Source: Hemiscyllium ocellatum (lineage: Eukaryota). From it: a stretch of DNA of 64,000 nt. Below the pieces are notes generated by a model. The model made no database searches and was not told the origin of the DNA. It worked only from the letters and a program-made list of their open reading frames with translations. Below, one piece after another: positions 49,555-60,700 of this stretch. Numbering within the stretch: the first letter of the stretch is position 1; each line of letters starts with the position of its first letter. A program made the position numbers and the translations under genes. The DNA lies in assembly GCF_020745735.1 (NCBI RefSeq), contig NC_083401.1:99321740-99385739 (forward strand), read 5' to 3'.

Positions 49555-50518
49555 AAATGATTTGGATGCGAGCGTAAGAGGTGCAGTTAGTAAGTTTGCA
49601 GATGACACCGAAATTGGAGGTGTAGTGGACAGCGAAGAGGGTTACCTCAGATTACAACAGGATCTGGACCAGATGGGCCAATGGGCTGAGAAGTGGCAGA
49701 TGGAGTTTAATTCAGATAAATGCGAGGTGCTGCATTTTGGGAAAGCAAATCTTAGCAGGACTTATACACTTAATGGTAAGGTCCTAGGGAGTGTTGCTGA
49801 ACAAAGAGACCTTGGTGTGCAAGTTCATAGCTCCTTGAAAATGGAGTCGCAGATAGATAGGATAGTGAAGAAGGTGTTTGGTATGCTTTCCTTTATTGAT
49901 CAGAGCATGGAGTACAGGAGTTAGGAGGTCATGTTGCAGCTGTACAGGACATTGGTTAGAGCATGGTTGGAATATTGCATGCAATTCTGGTCTCCTTCCT
50001 ATCGGAAAGATGTTGTGAAACCTGAAAGGGTTCAGAAAAGATTTACAAGGCTGTTGCCAGGATTGGAGGATTTGAGTTATAGGGAGAGGCTGAATAGGCT
50101 GGCGCTGTTTTCCCTGGAGCGTCAGAGGGCTGAGGGGTGACCTTATAAAGGTTTACAAAATTATGAGGGGCATGGATAGGATAAATAGACAAAGTCCTTT
50201 CCCTGGGATGGGAGAGTCCAGAACCAGAGGGCATAGGTTTAGGGTGAGAGGGGAAAGATATAAAAGAGACCTAAGGGGCTCTTTTTCATGCAGAGGGTGG
50301 TACGTGTATGGAATGAGCTGCCAGAGGATGTGGTGGAGGCTGGTACAATTGCAACATTTAAGAGGCATTTAGATGGGTAAATGAATAGGAAGGGTTTGGA
50401 GGGATATGGGCTGGGTGCTGTCAGGTGGGACTAGATTGGGTTGGGATATCTGGTCAGCATGGACAGGTTGGACAGAAGGATCTGTTTCCATGCTGTACAT
50501 CTCTATGGCTCTATGACT
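49555..50518 (+). mobile_element. CR1 3' portion (starts at about 48082, split by the PLE)
   Basis: NDLD..KFADDTEIG..QRDLGV..RTLVR; ctctatggctctatgact tail; similar to 20630-21600. Confidence 0.93.
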
Positions 50519-51439
50519 GTATAATTAGCAAAGAAAGGGAAATAAATTTGATTCTTCTTGAAGTTTCTAATGAATGGATGTGGAGTTAATGCTGTGATGA
50601 TGTGGGTATAATTTATTAATTTGGGAAAATGCATCCCTGAAGTTCATACAACCTGATTATAGTAACTGGTGCAGCATCGGATTACGACAGTATGCCAGTA
50701 TGGAAATGAACAAGATATTCTGACTAATACACTTCTAAACGCTCAGCTGGAACTTATAAATGGGAGGGTGGGTTGGTATGGTGGGCCCCTCCACCCCCTG
50801 AAAGGAAAAATGATCAGCAGTCAATATACAGTAAAGAAGCCTGGCCTACAGAGATAATGTGGTGCTGGTGGGTGAAACCAGGTGAGAGCAGGACGTACAC
50901 TCCTCCCACTGCCCATAACAGTCATCCATCAATCTGATTGTCGGCAGCTCTGGTAGTCCTGCCATTGCCAGGCGCTGATAGTAAATGCTGCCCGGAACAT
51001 AAGGAAGCTGGTAAGTTGAGCGTAGGAAGGCATAGTGAATATTAGGGAAATGAAGACCAGGAGATGGGGGAGGTCAGAGGTGCTGGTTTTGGAGGCAAGG
51101 CACAAAGAAATGAAGGGTGGCTAAAAGTTCAGGGGTTGAAGGAGCTATACACCTAATGCACACGTGCCGTTCCCCAAAAGATGCTTGCCCCATTCAACAT
51201 TTCAACAATTTCTTTAAAATAGCCTACTCATTCTCCTTTCTGCCCATGTGTCTGCACCAATCATACAATAGAATAGACAGAATATTGTCTGGATCAAGTA
51301 GCATAGGTCACAAGTTCAGTTGGCTTAATTATTCATTTGAAAATGGCAGTGGGCCTCCAATTTTGTTAGCTGCCTCTAACGGATGGTCAGGTAATCCAGA
51401 CAGCCTTGTATTTGTATTCAGTTTAGGGATATAGGGAAC

Positions 51440-51830
51440 ACTGGTTAGGCTAGCACTTGTTTCCCATTGTAGGTTGACTTCATTTCTGTCTGGAGCCAGA
51501 GCAGGTAAGGACAGCAGATTTATATTCCTAACACACTAGCTACCTGACGAAGGAGTAGTAATCCGAAGGTTTGTACTTCCAAATAAACCTGTTGGACTAT
51601 AACCTGAGGTTGTGTGATTTTTAACTTTATCCTGAAAGGATATTAGTGCACCTGATGAGCTTTACATCAACCAACAACTGTTACATGCATGACATTTTTT
51701 ATTCCAGTTATTTTTATTGAGTTCAAATTTCAGTATCTGTCAAGGTAGGATTCAAACCCACATCCTTAGAACATTAGATTGGTCTCTTCATCACTAATCA
51801 CATGATAATACAATTACATCACAACTTCCC
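51440..51830 (-). mobile_element. Degraded tRNA-SINE containing a family B PLE mini-insertion
   Basis: ggtaaggacagcagattt | ..aaaggatattagtg..ggattcaaaccc. Confidence 0.6.
51541..51627 (+). mobile_element. Family B Penelope-like mini-insertion starting at a degenerate HHR
   Basis: acCTGACGAaggagtagtaatccGAAggtttgtacttccaaataaacctgttggactataacctg..gtgtgatttttaact; homologous to 2185-2271 (reverse complement). Confidence 0.75.
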
Positions 51831-53183
51831 ATTAAATGTGAAAGACGGATACAGTGTTCCTTTTAACAGCGTGATGATTTTAAGGGTTCTATTTGACAGA
51901 ATGGGTGATAAGTGGAATTAATTTAGGAACTGCCCCTTATGGATTAATAACTTCTTCTTATCCTTCACTTCCTTAAAGTTTCTGTTCCAAGAATTAAGTT
52001 TGAACAAAGAACAGTTGTGATCACCTGCAGATTTTCATATCTTGCAGCTGTTTTTGTTTTAGGTTAGGTAATATCTATTATGAAAGTTTTATTTAGATTA
52101 CATGGTTTGGGCAAATGCATGGCTATATACTTAACCTTTATGTAATTTGACTCTCACAAACAACTTCAAACTACCTATCATCTGAATGCTAGCCTCAGTC
52201 TATTTGGAAACATTCAGGTAAAGGATGGGAGAGGGAAAGAATCCCATTCTGAAAACAAGTTGTTCATTTGTTGTGGATATGTCATAATCATTAAAATTCA
52301 AGAGTCCACTATATCACACATCAGTGATAAGGAACGTAATATGCCCTATAGTCAATGACTTTACTTGGGCAATAACCTGATGTAGTGGATATAAATATCT
52401 TGCCTTTATCGAACTGATCTGATTTTTTTGGTTCTATGGATTTCAATGGGATAAAATTATAGAAACACAATTTTTGACAAGGAAATGAAGTGGAAAATTA
52501 CACAGTGACTATCATAGTCACTGATAATGAAATAGTGCTCACTTCCCTGGTACAACAGTCCTGCAGCAATTGTCAACAGATATAATTATTCCACAATAAT
52601 CTTAGCTCAGGGTTTAGATGATAATTATAAACAGGGGATGTTTCAATCTCATTATTTACAGAGCCAACTCAGCCCTTTTTTAATTACGAGATATTGAAAC
52701 TATGTCACGGAGTCATTGGGTTGATGCGGTTGCTAGAGAGATAACACAAACCTTTACAAGCACAGTGCAAGGTCAGTCTACATTGTGATGTTTTTAATGC
52801 ACAAAAAAAAGCGGGTTTGAGTTTGCGATATCTTTTTCCTTATGCAAACTCACCTCTATCTTCAATTGTGCCTGAATGGAGAGCGGGTGACAAATGCCCT
52901 CCAAAGAGGCATGTTTGTATTTTAAACATAATACTATTGTTAAGATTTTCTATTGTGGTTGGCTGGATATCTCAAGTGATGGAAAACTTTCACCACAAAG
53001 TATTCTATTTGTCACCTTCGTCTATGAACCTGCCACTTATGAGGCAACTAAAGTTAATTCAGCTTTGGCCTATAATTGTTGTCAAGCCTTAAAAACCCCA
53101 CTATACCTCCCACATATGTTTCCCCCTCTCATCCACTCCTTGATTGATCCCTATTTGGTTTGAGATTTCCCTTCCCACCTGAT

Positions 53184-53410
53184 TGTAATGAGGTAAACCA
53201 GGTGGACCTCATAGAATATGAGTTCCCTGATAGGGGCTGTTAATCTGGTCCAATTAGGGAGCTTTAGCTGACAGAAAAAAAACCAGGAATGTTGAACATT
53301 CTGATATTTTGAGAGCTGGCTCTGTGGAAGCTGGATTAATGTCAAGGACTTACCACATATAAACAAAGGGTGACGTGGTGACGGGATATAGCCTCTGTGG
53401 AGTTATTTTA
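53184..53410 (+). repeat. Solo LTR related to the Gypsy LTRs at 3266 and 9514
   Basis: tgtaatg..gctgttaatctggtccaat..aaagggtgacgtggtgacgggat..gcctctgtggagttattt. Confidence 0.7.
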
Positions 53411-54077
53411 ATCATCAGTGATTTTCATTTCAGTGTGTAAAACAGCACTAACTGCTGTCCATAAACATTGCTGCAAGTTAGCTCTAACACAACAGTATCT
53501 GTCATCGTTTATGACCAATGCTGCATCATTCTGAGTGCAGGCATTTGTACCTTCTTAGCGTCAAACACAAGGGATGTACTTTTCACTGGAATGCCTGAAA
53601 GTACTTGACGCATTGCTTTTTCAGTCTATATTTTCCTTTATTTAATTATTATATAAAGTTTATAGTAAATTGCAGTATTGTATGAATTTTGCATTCTCAA
53701 AATGTGTGACTTATTTCTTTAAGGCACTATATTCAGCCATATATAAGGGTAAATACACTTATAAAATCTGTTAGTTTTCATGCAAAACCTGGGAATATGA
53801 TTGAATAGAAACTTTGCTACACAGAATGACGCATGGATTAGAGTTTTTTTTTACTTCTGTAGATTTAAAGTGTAAAGAGAAAAATAGATGGGACAGTTTC
53901 CTCCAGTTGCTACTTGTGATAAAAATTCCATGCATGTTTCAAAATAACAATGATCACTTTGTTAAAAATTGTCAGACGAAGAAATTGCTTTGAATCTCAT
54001 GCTTGCTGATGTTAAAGTCTCTGGGAGAGCTTAATTTGGGAGCATTCATAATATAAAACCTGAAAAGACTATAAATG

Positions 54078-54221
54078 TATTCCTGACTGTATTCCTGATG
54101 AAGGGCTTTTGCCCGAAACGTCGATTTTACTGCTCCTCGGATGCTGCCTGAACTGCTGTGCTTTTCCAGCACCACTCTAATCTAGACTCTGGTTTCCAGC
54201 ATCTGCAGTCCTTGTTTTTAC
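54078..54221 (+). mobile_element. 144-bp family A Penelope-like mini-insertion with intact HHR and full 3' tail
   Basis: 9-bp TSD ctataaatg (54069-54077, 54222-54230); 5' stutter tattcctga-ctg-tattcctga. Confidence 0.85.
54091..54126 (+). ncRNA. Minimal hammerhead ribozyme motif (family A)
   Basis: auuc-CUGAUGA-a-GGGC-uuuu-GCCC-GAAAC-GUC-gauu. Confidence 0.78.
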
Positions 54222-56612
54222 CTATAAATGAAAATAGCTTGATGTATGAACATGGAAAAGATGAGTACGTTCTATATATCCTATGTTTCGATATATTTTA
54301 AGCCGGGGCAATCACTACACTATAAAAAATGCATGTTGTAACTAGCTGTAAGTTAACTATGAAGTTTGTAAATATATAAACAGCCCATCCAATTGCACTG
54401 ATAACAAGCATGTAGACCAGCAGAACTAAATAGAAACATGTTGGAAATATAATAAAAATGCAGTTGCATGAGGAAGCACAAAACAATTCTCTTAAAACAA
54501 AATAGTTAAAAATAATACAAAAACAGAGCAGAACAAAAACCAGCAAAATCTGGTCCAATACGCAGAGTCCGAGTGTATCTCATAAGGGTTCAAGACCCAT
54601 CTGTTCCAGAGGTGTTGTAACAACATTTCTGAACAGGTTGATTAGAAAATAGTTTTTTTTGTGCAGAATCCAGATATTAATTAGGTGGCGGGTGGTTTGA
54701 GAACGAGCGTGGTATCACATTTTAAAGGACCTCCTTTAATTGGTGGTGATCGGCAGCTTGGCAGCTGGGTGGTTGCAAAAACAAAGGTAGGCAGCCAGAG
54801 ATCCATGGGCACTTTTTCTCTTGTCAGTAGAACCTAAATGTGCCAGGCTCTGATTAGGACTGCAGGGTGGGGGTAAAAAATGAATTTGGATATCAGGTCT
54901 GTATCATTGGATTTGCAATTGGGACTTTGGTGGAAGTGAGGACATGAAGGTTTTGGGTTGTATTGAGGGCATTGAGGTTGCAGCTGGGTTTGGGGCAGAG
55001 CAAGGATATCAGAGCTGCCAACAGGGTTTTGTGTGAGCCTGGGGTGCTGAGGATATCATAAGGAGAGAATTATGGTTGGGTGCTGGTTAAGTTGCTCAAA
55101 CCTAACAGTTTAACGTTTGCAGCCATCCATTCATCCAGTCTGCCAAACCTGACACCCTCCTTCCAGTTACCCAATGTGGCCTAGAAAATACTATTGCCAA
55201 CATTAGCTGACACACACATTGCAATTGCTGTTATTTTGCAGAAGACAATTCATTTTAAATGAAGTGGGTAATACTGAAAAATATTTGACAGCATTCACAC
55301 GCTAAAATTGTGAATAGTAATTTATAGTAAGTGTTTTTTTTAATTTTCCTGCATGTGTAAGAAGGGAAAATCAAGTCTGAAGATCATATGCTCATTCACT
55401 TTATGAAGGAATAAAGTGATTTGATTCTTAATCAGACACATTATGTGGTATTTAATCTCCTAGCAGGATGGGAATGGTCATGAATAGTCATCCTGCCCTG
55501 TGGGAAAACAAGGACCATTCAGTACACAGTCAATTGCCACTTGTGCGTCAACACATTACCATTGGTTTTCTAATAGTAGTGGGGTGGCCATACACCAGCT
55601 ATGCTTAATGTCAATACTGGTGGCCTTAATCACTAGCTGGAAAGATGGTGGCAACTCCATTGCATTTCTGGGGAGCCCAGATGAATCTAAATGTTAATCA
55701 GGCAGCTCAGTATTTCCGAACTTTTAAAGAAGATGACTAGCTCCTCCCCCACAAACCTGCTCACCAATCAGAGGGCTGACAACTCTTCACCGCCGGCAGT
55801 AGTTGTCACTACTGGTTCTGCAGGAAACCTTAAGTCGCAGCCATGGTGGGTGGGAGAGGGAGTGTGTGATGCAGAGTTAGATAACTAGGGCAGGCTCTTT
55901 ACAGTCAGTCAGACAATAATGTCTGGTGTGTGTTTAAGATGTCAGTTTGGGGAGAAGGGAACATTTTTCAGTGACAGACATTCTTGTCTTTGGTGGCGCT
56001 CTCCTTAGGGTACATTTTCGCAGAAGCCTCCACTCCAGTCCCTGAACCTTCAGGGTATAGTGGGTGGCCCTCCCATGTAACTTGAGCATTTTCACTTGCC
56101 CCTGGTAAAATGTCACCAGTAGTAATGAATCGAGACCTTCACTTGGCCACTTAAAGGGATTAATTGGCCTTCAGGTGGGTAGGTGGTCTGGGACCTTTCT
56201 GAGCCTACATTTAAATGAAGGGAGTTAAGAAGGGGACTGGTTTTCTCTTTTGCACCCCCCAATCCTTGCTCACTGTCTCACTACCAAAGTTTGTCCACTG
56301 GCTTTGGTGAATCACCATACCCACCTCCTGGGCCCTCCTTCCTGGCTACAGCTCCACAGTTAGGTTGAAAACTGCAGCCAATTGGCCAGCAGCTCTCTCA
56401 TTCTCAAGGTATGGGAGCCCTGGCAACAGTTACCTGCTGAATGTCATCGTGTCAGGGCTGCCAAAAGCAGCTATGGCAAGGTTGCCACCATTTTTCCAGT
56501 TGGAAAGTTGGTGGATGAGGCCACTATCGTAACTATTATTGTCAACCCTAATCTTTCAAAGCAGAAGATATTGAATAGCTGTCATTAGGAGTTAAGCATT
56601 GAACAAAAGCAA

Positions 56613-56618
56613 TTTATT
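56613..56618 (-). promoter_or_regulatory. Candidate proximal poly(A) signal of the GABA-A beta gene
   Basis: AATAAA on the minus strand about 200 nt after the stop codon; AT-rich context makes this weak. Confidence 0.3.
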
Positions 56619-56815
56619 TCAAAACTCAAATATTCATCCTAGCCAGACACAAGTTCATTGGCAAATACGCTTATGTATTTAATTCCCACAACAAATTAAG
56701 AGCTGAATATCTTACCTTGAACTTGTTGCTATTTTGCTACTACAGTTCTTTAAGGGTTAATAAATGAAATCAAAATAAAGAAGGAATCCTATCTGTACTG
56801 TACATACTGTCTGAG

Positions 56816-57163
56816 TTAGTGCACATAGTACAGCCAGTACACCAAGTTAAAAAACCCAAATGTAACAGGAAAGACCACCCGTGACCACCTGTCTATGGCA
56901 TTCACATCAGCCAAATCTGGGATTTTAATTTTCAGTTGTGATGTTCGTCGCCGTAAGCGTCCCTTCTTCTGAATTGTGTGCCTTTCTAGTGTGCTTCTAC
57001 CATAGCCATCTCTGCTGGTAGCTGGCCTTCTGTATTGGATGTTGGTATTGTCATAAGAAAACATGGTCGGTCTTGGATCATTGATATTCGTGAACACCTC
57101 AGAAGCTTTCACTTCATTCCGAATTTCAAGAGTTGTTAGTGGAATATTTCCATGAGCATCCAC
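56816..57163 (-). CDS. GABRB1: GABA-A receptor beta subunit, last coding exon (M3-M4 loop C-half + TM4); most like beta-1
   Basis: [66 protein letters not shown] and the terminal YYVH favour beta-1. The family call is near certain, the paralogue call less so. Phase-0 acceptor precedes the GTG (Val). Confidence 0.9.
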   Translation of the reverse strand: MDAHGNIPLTTLEIRNEVKASEVFTNINDPRPTMFSYDNTNIQYRRPATSRDGYGRSTLERHTIQKKGRLRRRTSQLKIKIPDLADVNAIDRWSRVVFPVTFGFFNLVYWLYYVH

Positions 57164-57181
57164 CTGTGGTGAAAAGAGAAA
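57164..57181 (-). promoter_or_regulatory. 3' splice acceptor of the last intron
   Basis: Minus strand: tttctcttttcaccacag|GTGGAT. Confidence 0.9.
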
Positions 57182-57783
57182 TACTTTGAGAAACAGAAAA
57201 TTTGTGTTGATTGAGACAATGCAATTTAGGGCTGCTATTACTGTTCATGCAGTAACAAGGGCATTTCACAAACTGATGAGTGATTAAATGGCGTTTCTGT
57301 ACACAACCCATGGTCATCTTGACGTAACACTGACTTTCTTGATGCACCTCGTAACTTGCAGTTTATAAACTGAAGGGCCTAGAAATTCCATTTTGGCAGC
57401 TGTAGTACCACACAAATGATGGGATGCTTGTTCAGCCCACCGGTCCAGGTTAGCATGGATTTTGTCCAAAATGATAGTGATGAGTTCACAAAGACTTGAT
57501 ATATTTATGACATTTCCTGCCACAGGAGTCTGAAAATTTGGAATAGCACCCTCTCACCACTCTGTGGAAGAAGGTGTCTTGTTAAGTTCTGAAGAAAAGA
57601 TTTTCATCCTCAAATATAAATTTCTTAGAGTGGAACCAATCTCTATGAGACAGACAGCCATTGGAAAATTACAATGCAATACTGTACAACGTGCCATTAT
57701 TGGATATTGTGAGAATTGGTGGTATTGTCAGCTGGTTAGGCTATCCTATTAGCCCTGCCTTATGATATCGCATTTTCACAGCT

Positions 57784-60700
57784 GAGAGCGGCGGGAGCTG
57801 GGCAGAAGTTCAGGCGGAGCGCAAAGCTGGTCGGGAAGGTAAGTGATTGCTATTAGAGTGAGTGTGTTCTAAACCCCAGGTCCTACAAAGTAAGTCTCCC
57901 TCCCTCCCTCCTCCTCTAACCTAAATTAAGAGTCCACAGACTTGACACAAAAAGAGGGTCTAAGGAAGTTTGGATTGAAGAGTGAGGCATCAGCTCAGGA
58001 GTCTTTGACAAGGAAGTTGAGTGAAGTGATTATGCTACAGTTGAAGAGGGTGAAGACATGACTGCCCAGCTGGTTCAGTGCGCTACGTGCTTGATGTGGG
58101 AGGTCAACGACTCTGGTGTGTCTGGCTCATATATGTGTGGAAAGTGTGTGCACATTCAGCTATTGACCGAGCACTTTGCAGCGCTGATGAAAGAACTCGA
58201 GGACCTTAGGCTCATCCGAGAGAACGAGATCTTTCTGGACAAGACCTTCAGCGAGGGTTATTACACCAATCAGGCCAGAAGAGACCAGAAGAGAGCAGAT
58301 GATGAGGAAGGCAGAGAGGACACAGGTGCAAGAGACCCCGGGAGAAGTACCTGTCAGGAACAAGTTGAAGCTTTTGGAAACAGTAGAGACAGATGACACT
58401 GCCAGTCCGGGAGGCGGCCAGGTCTGTCAATCAAAAGTTGGCGCAGAGGCAGAGCGGAAGAGTCGTACATCGCACAGAGCCGTGGTAATAGGGGACTCCA
58501 TCGTGAGAGGAACTGACCGGGGTTTTTGTGACAGCAGACGGGATTTAAAGATGGTGTGTTGCCTTCCTGATGCCAGGGTGAAAGACATTGTGGACAAAGT
58601 GCAGGAAATCTCAAGGACGAGGGTGAAGAGCCAGAGGTGGTGGTACATGTCGGCACAAATGATGTCGGGAAGAAAAGGAGGAACATACTACAGCGGGACT
58701 TCAGAGAACTAGGAAGAAGGCTGAAAAGCAGGATGTCCAAGGTGGTTATCTCCGGTTTGCTTCCAGGTCCTCGGGTTGGTGTGGCCAAAAACAGGGAGAT
58801 AATGGTCTTGAACGTGTGGTTGGGGAACTAGTGTAGGAAGCAAGGATTTAAGTTCTTGAATCACTTGGGTATATTTTGTGGTAAGCATAAATTCTACAAG
58901 AGAGATGGTTTGCACCTTAATAGGTTAGGAACCAGCATTCTGGCAGGCAGGTTTTCTACTGCAACACAGCTACGTTTAAACTAAGTAGCGGGGGGCGACA
59001 AACTGGATGTTTAAAAAGGAAATTGAAGGGAAAGTTAGAACGAGAGAAGTCAAGAAAGACAACTGTATCAATGAAGCAGAAAACTCGGAAAGGGATCATG
59101 CTGTAAGGTTGAGTGAAATAGGAGTTGATGGGAAGGGTGAGAGCAGTAACAAATTAAAAATACTGTATATGAACGCACGAAGCATTAGACATAAGATGGA
59201 TAAGCTTGAGGCTCTTTTGGAAATTGGCAGATACGATATTGTGGCAATAACTGAGACGTGGCTTCAAGTGGACAGGGCCTGGGAAATGAATATTCAAGGC
59301 TACACGTGCTATCGTAAGGACAGACTGACGGTTAGAGGGGGTGGGGTGGCCTTGTTGGTAAGGGAGGATATTCAGTCCCTTGTGCAGGGGGACCTAGAGT
59401 CAGGGGATGTAGAGTCAGTGTTGATAGAGCTGCAAAATACTAAGGGTAAAAAGACCCTCTTGGGAGTCATCTACAGGCCCCCAAACAGTAGTCTGGATGT
59501 CGGATGTAAGTTGAATCAGGAGCTGAAATTGGCCTGTCGCAAAGATGTTACTACAGTTGTTATGGGGGATTTTAACATGCAGATAGACTGGGAGAATCAG
59601 GATGGTATTAGACCTCAAGAAAGAGACTTGGTGGAGTGCCTCAGAGATGGATTCTTAGAGCAGCTGGTGCTGGAGCCGACCAGGGAGAAGGCAATTCTGG
59701 ATCTAGTATTGTGTAATGAACCAGAATTGGTCAGAGACCTCAAAGTGAAGGAGCCATTGGGAAGTAGTGACCATAATACATTAAGCTTCAATCTGCAATT
59801 TGAGAGGGAAAGAGTACAGTCGGAAGTGACAGTACTTCTGTTGAATAAAGGGAACTATGGAGCTATGAGGGAGGAGCAGGCCAAAGTTCAATGGTGCAAT
59901 ACCTTAGCACGGATGACCGTGGAAGAACAATGGTGGATATTTCTGTGTATAATGCAGAAGTTGCAGGATCAGTTCATTCCTAAAAGGAAGAAAGATCCCA
60001 GGAGGAGGCATGGGCGGCCGTGGCTGACGAGGGAAGTTAAGAAACATATAAAGTTAAAAGAGAAAAAGTATAACATAGCAAAGATAAGTGGGAAATCAGA
60101 GGACGGGGAAGCTTTTAAAGAACAAGAGAGGATTGCTAAGAAGGAATTACGCAGAGGAAAAATGAGGTACGAAGGTAAACTGGCCAATAATATAAAGGAG
60201 GATAGTAAAAGCTTTTTTAAGTGTGTGCAAGGCAAAAAAATGGTTAACTAAAATTGGGCCCTTGAAGACAGAAACAGGGGAATATATTACAGGGAACAAA
60301 GAAATGGCAGAAGAATTAAATGGGTACTTCAGATCTGTGTTCACTAGGGAAGACACAAGCAATCTCCCTGAGGTAACAGTGGCTGACGGACCTGAACTTA
60401 AGGGAATTTATATTTGCCAGGAATTGGTGTTGGAGAGACTGTTAGGTCTGAAGGTTGATAAGTCCCCGGGGCCTGAAGGTCTATATCCCAGGGTACTGAA
60501 GGAGGTGGCTCTGGAAATTGTGGATGCGTTGGTGATTATTTTCCAGAGTTCGATAGATTCGGGGTCGGTTTCTGAGGATTGGAGGATGGCTAATGTTAGA
60601 CCACTTTTTTAAAAAGGTGGGAGAGAGAAAGCAGGAAATTATAGACCAGTTAGTCTGACCTCAGTGGTGGGAAAGATGCTGGAGTCTATTATAAAGGATG

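Noticed and set aside
57161-57163. Start codon for a 115-aa protein
   Set aside because: The ORF track's M is a GTG Val codon directly after a splice acceptor; this is the last exon of a larger gene.
59007-60251. 414-aa ORF as an active or domesticated endonuclease gene
   Set aside because: It is the EN half of CR1 ORF2; the downstream RT has several frameshifts and stops, so the copy is not autonomous.
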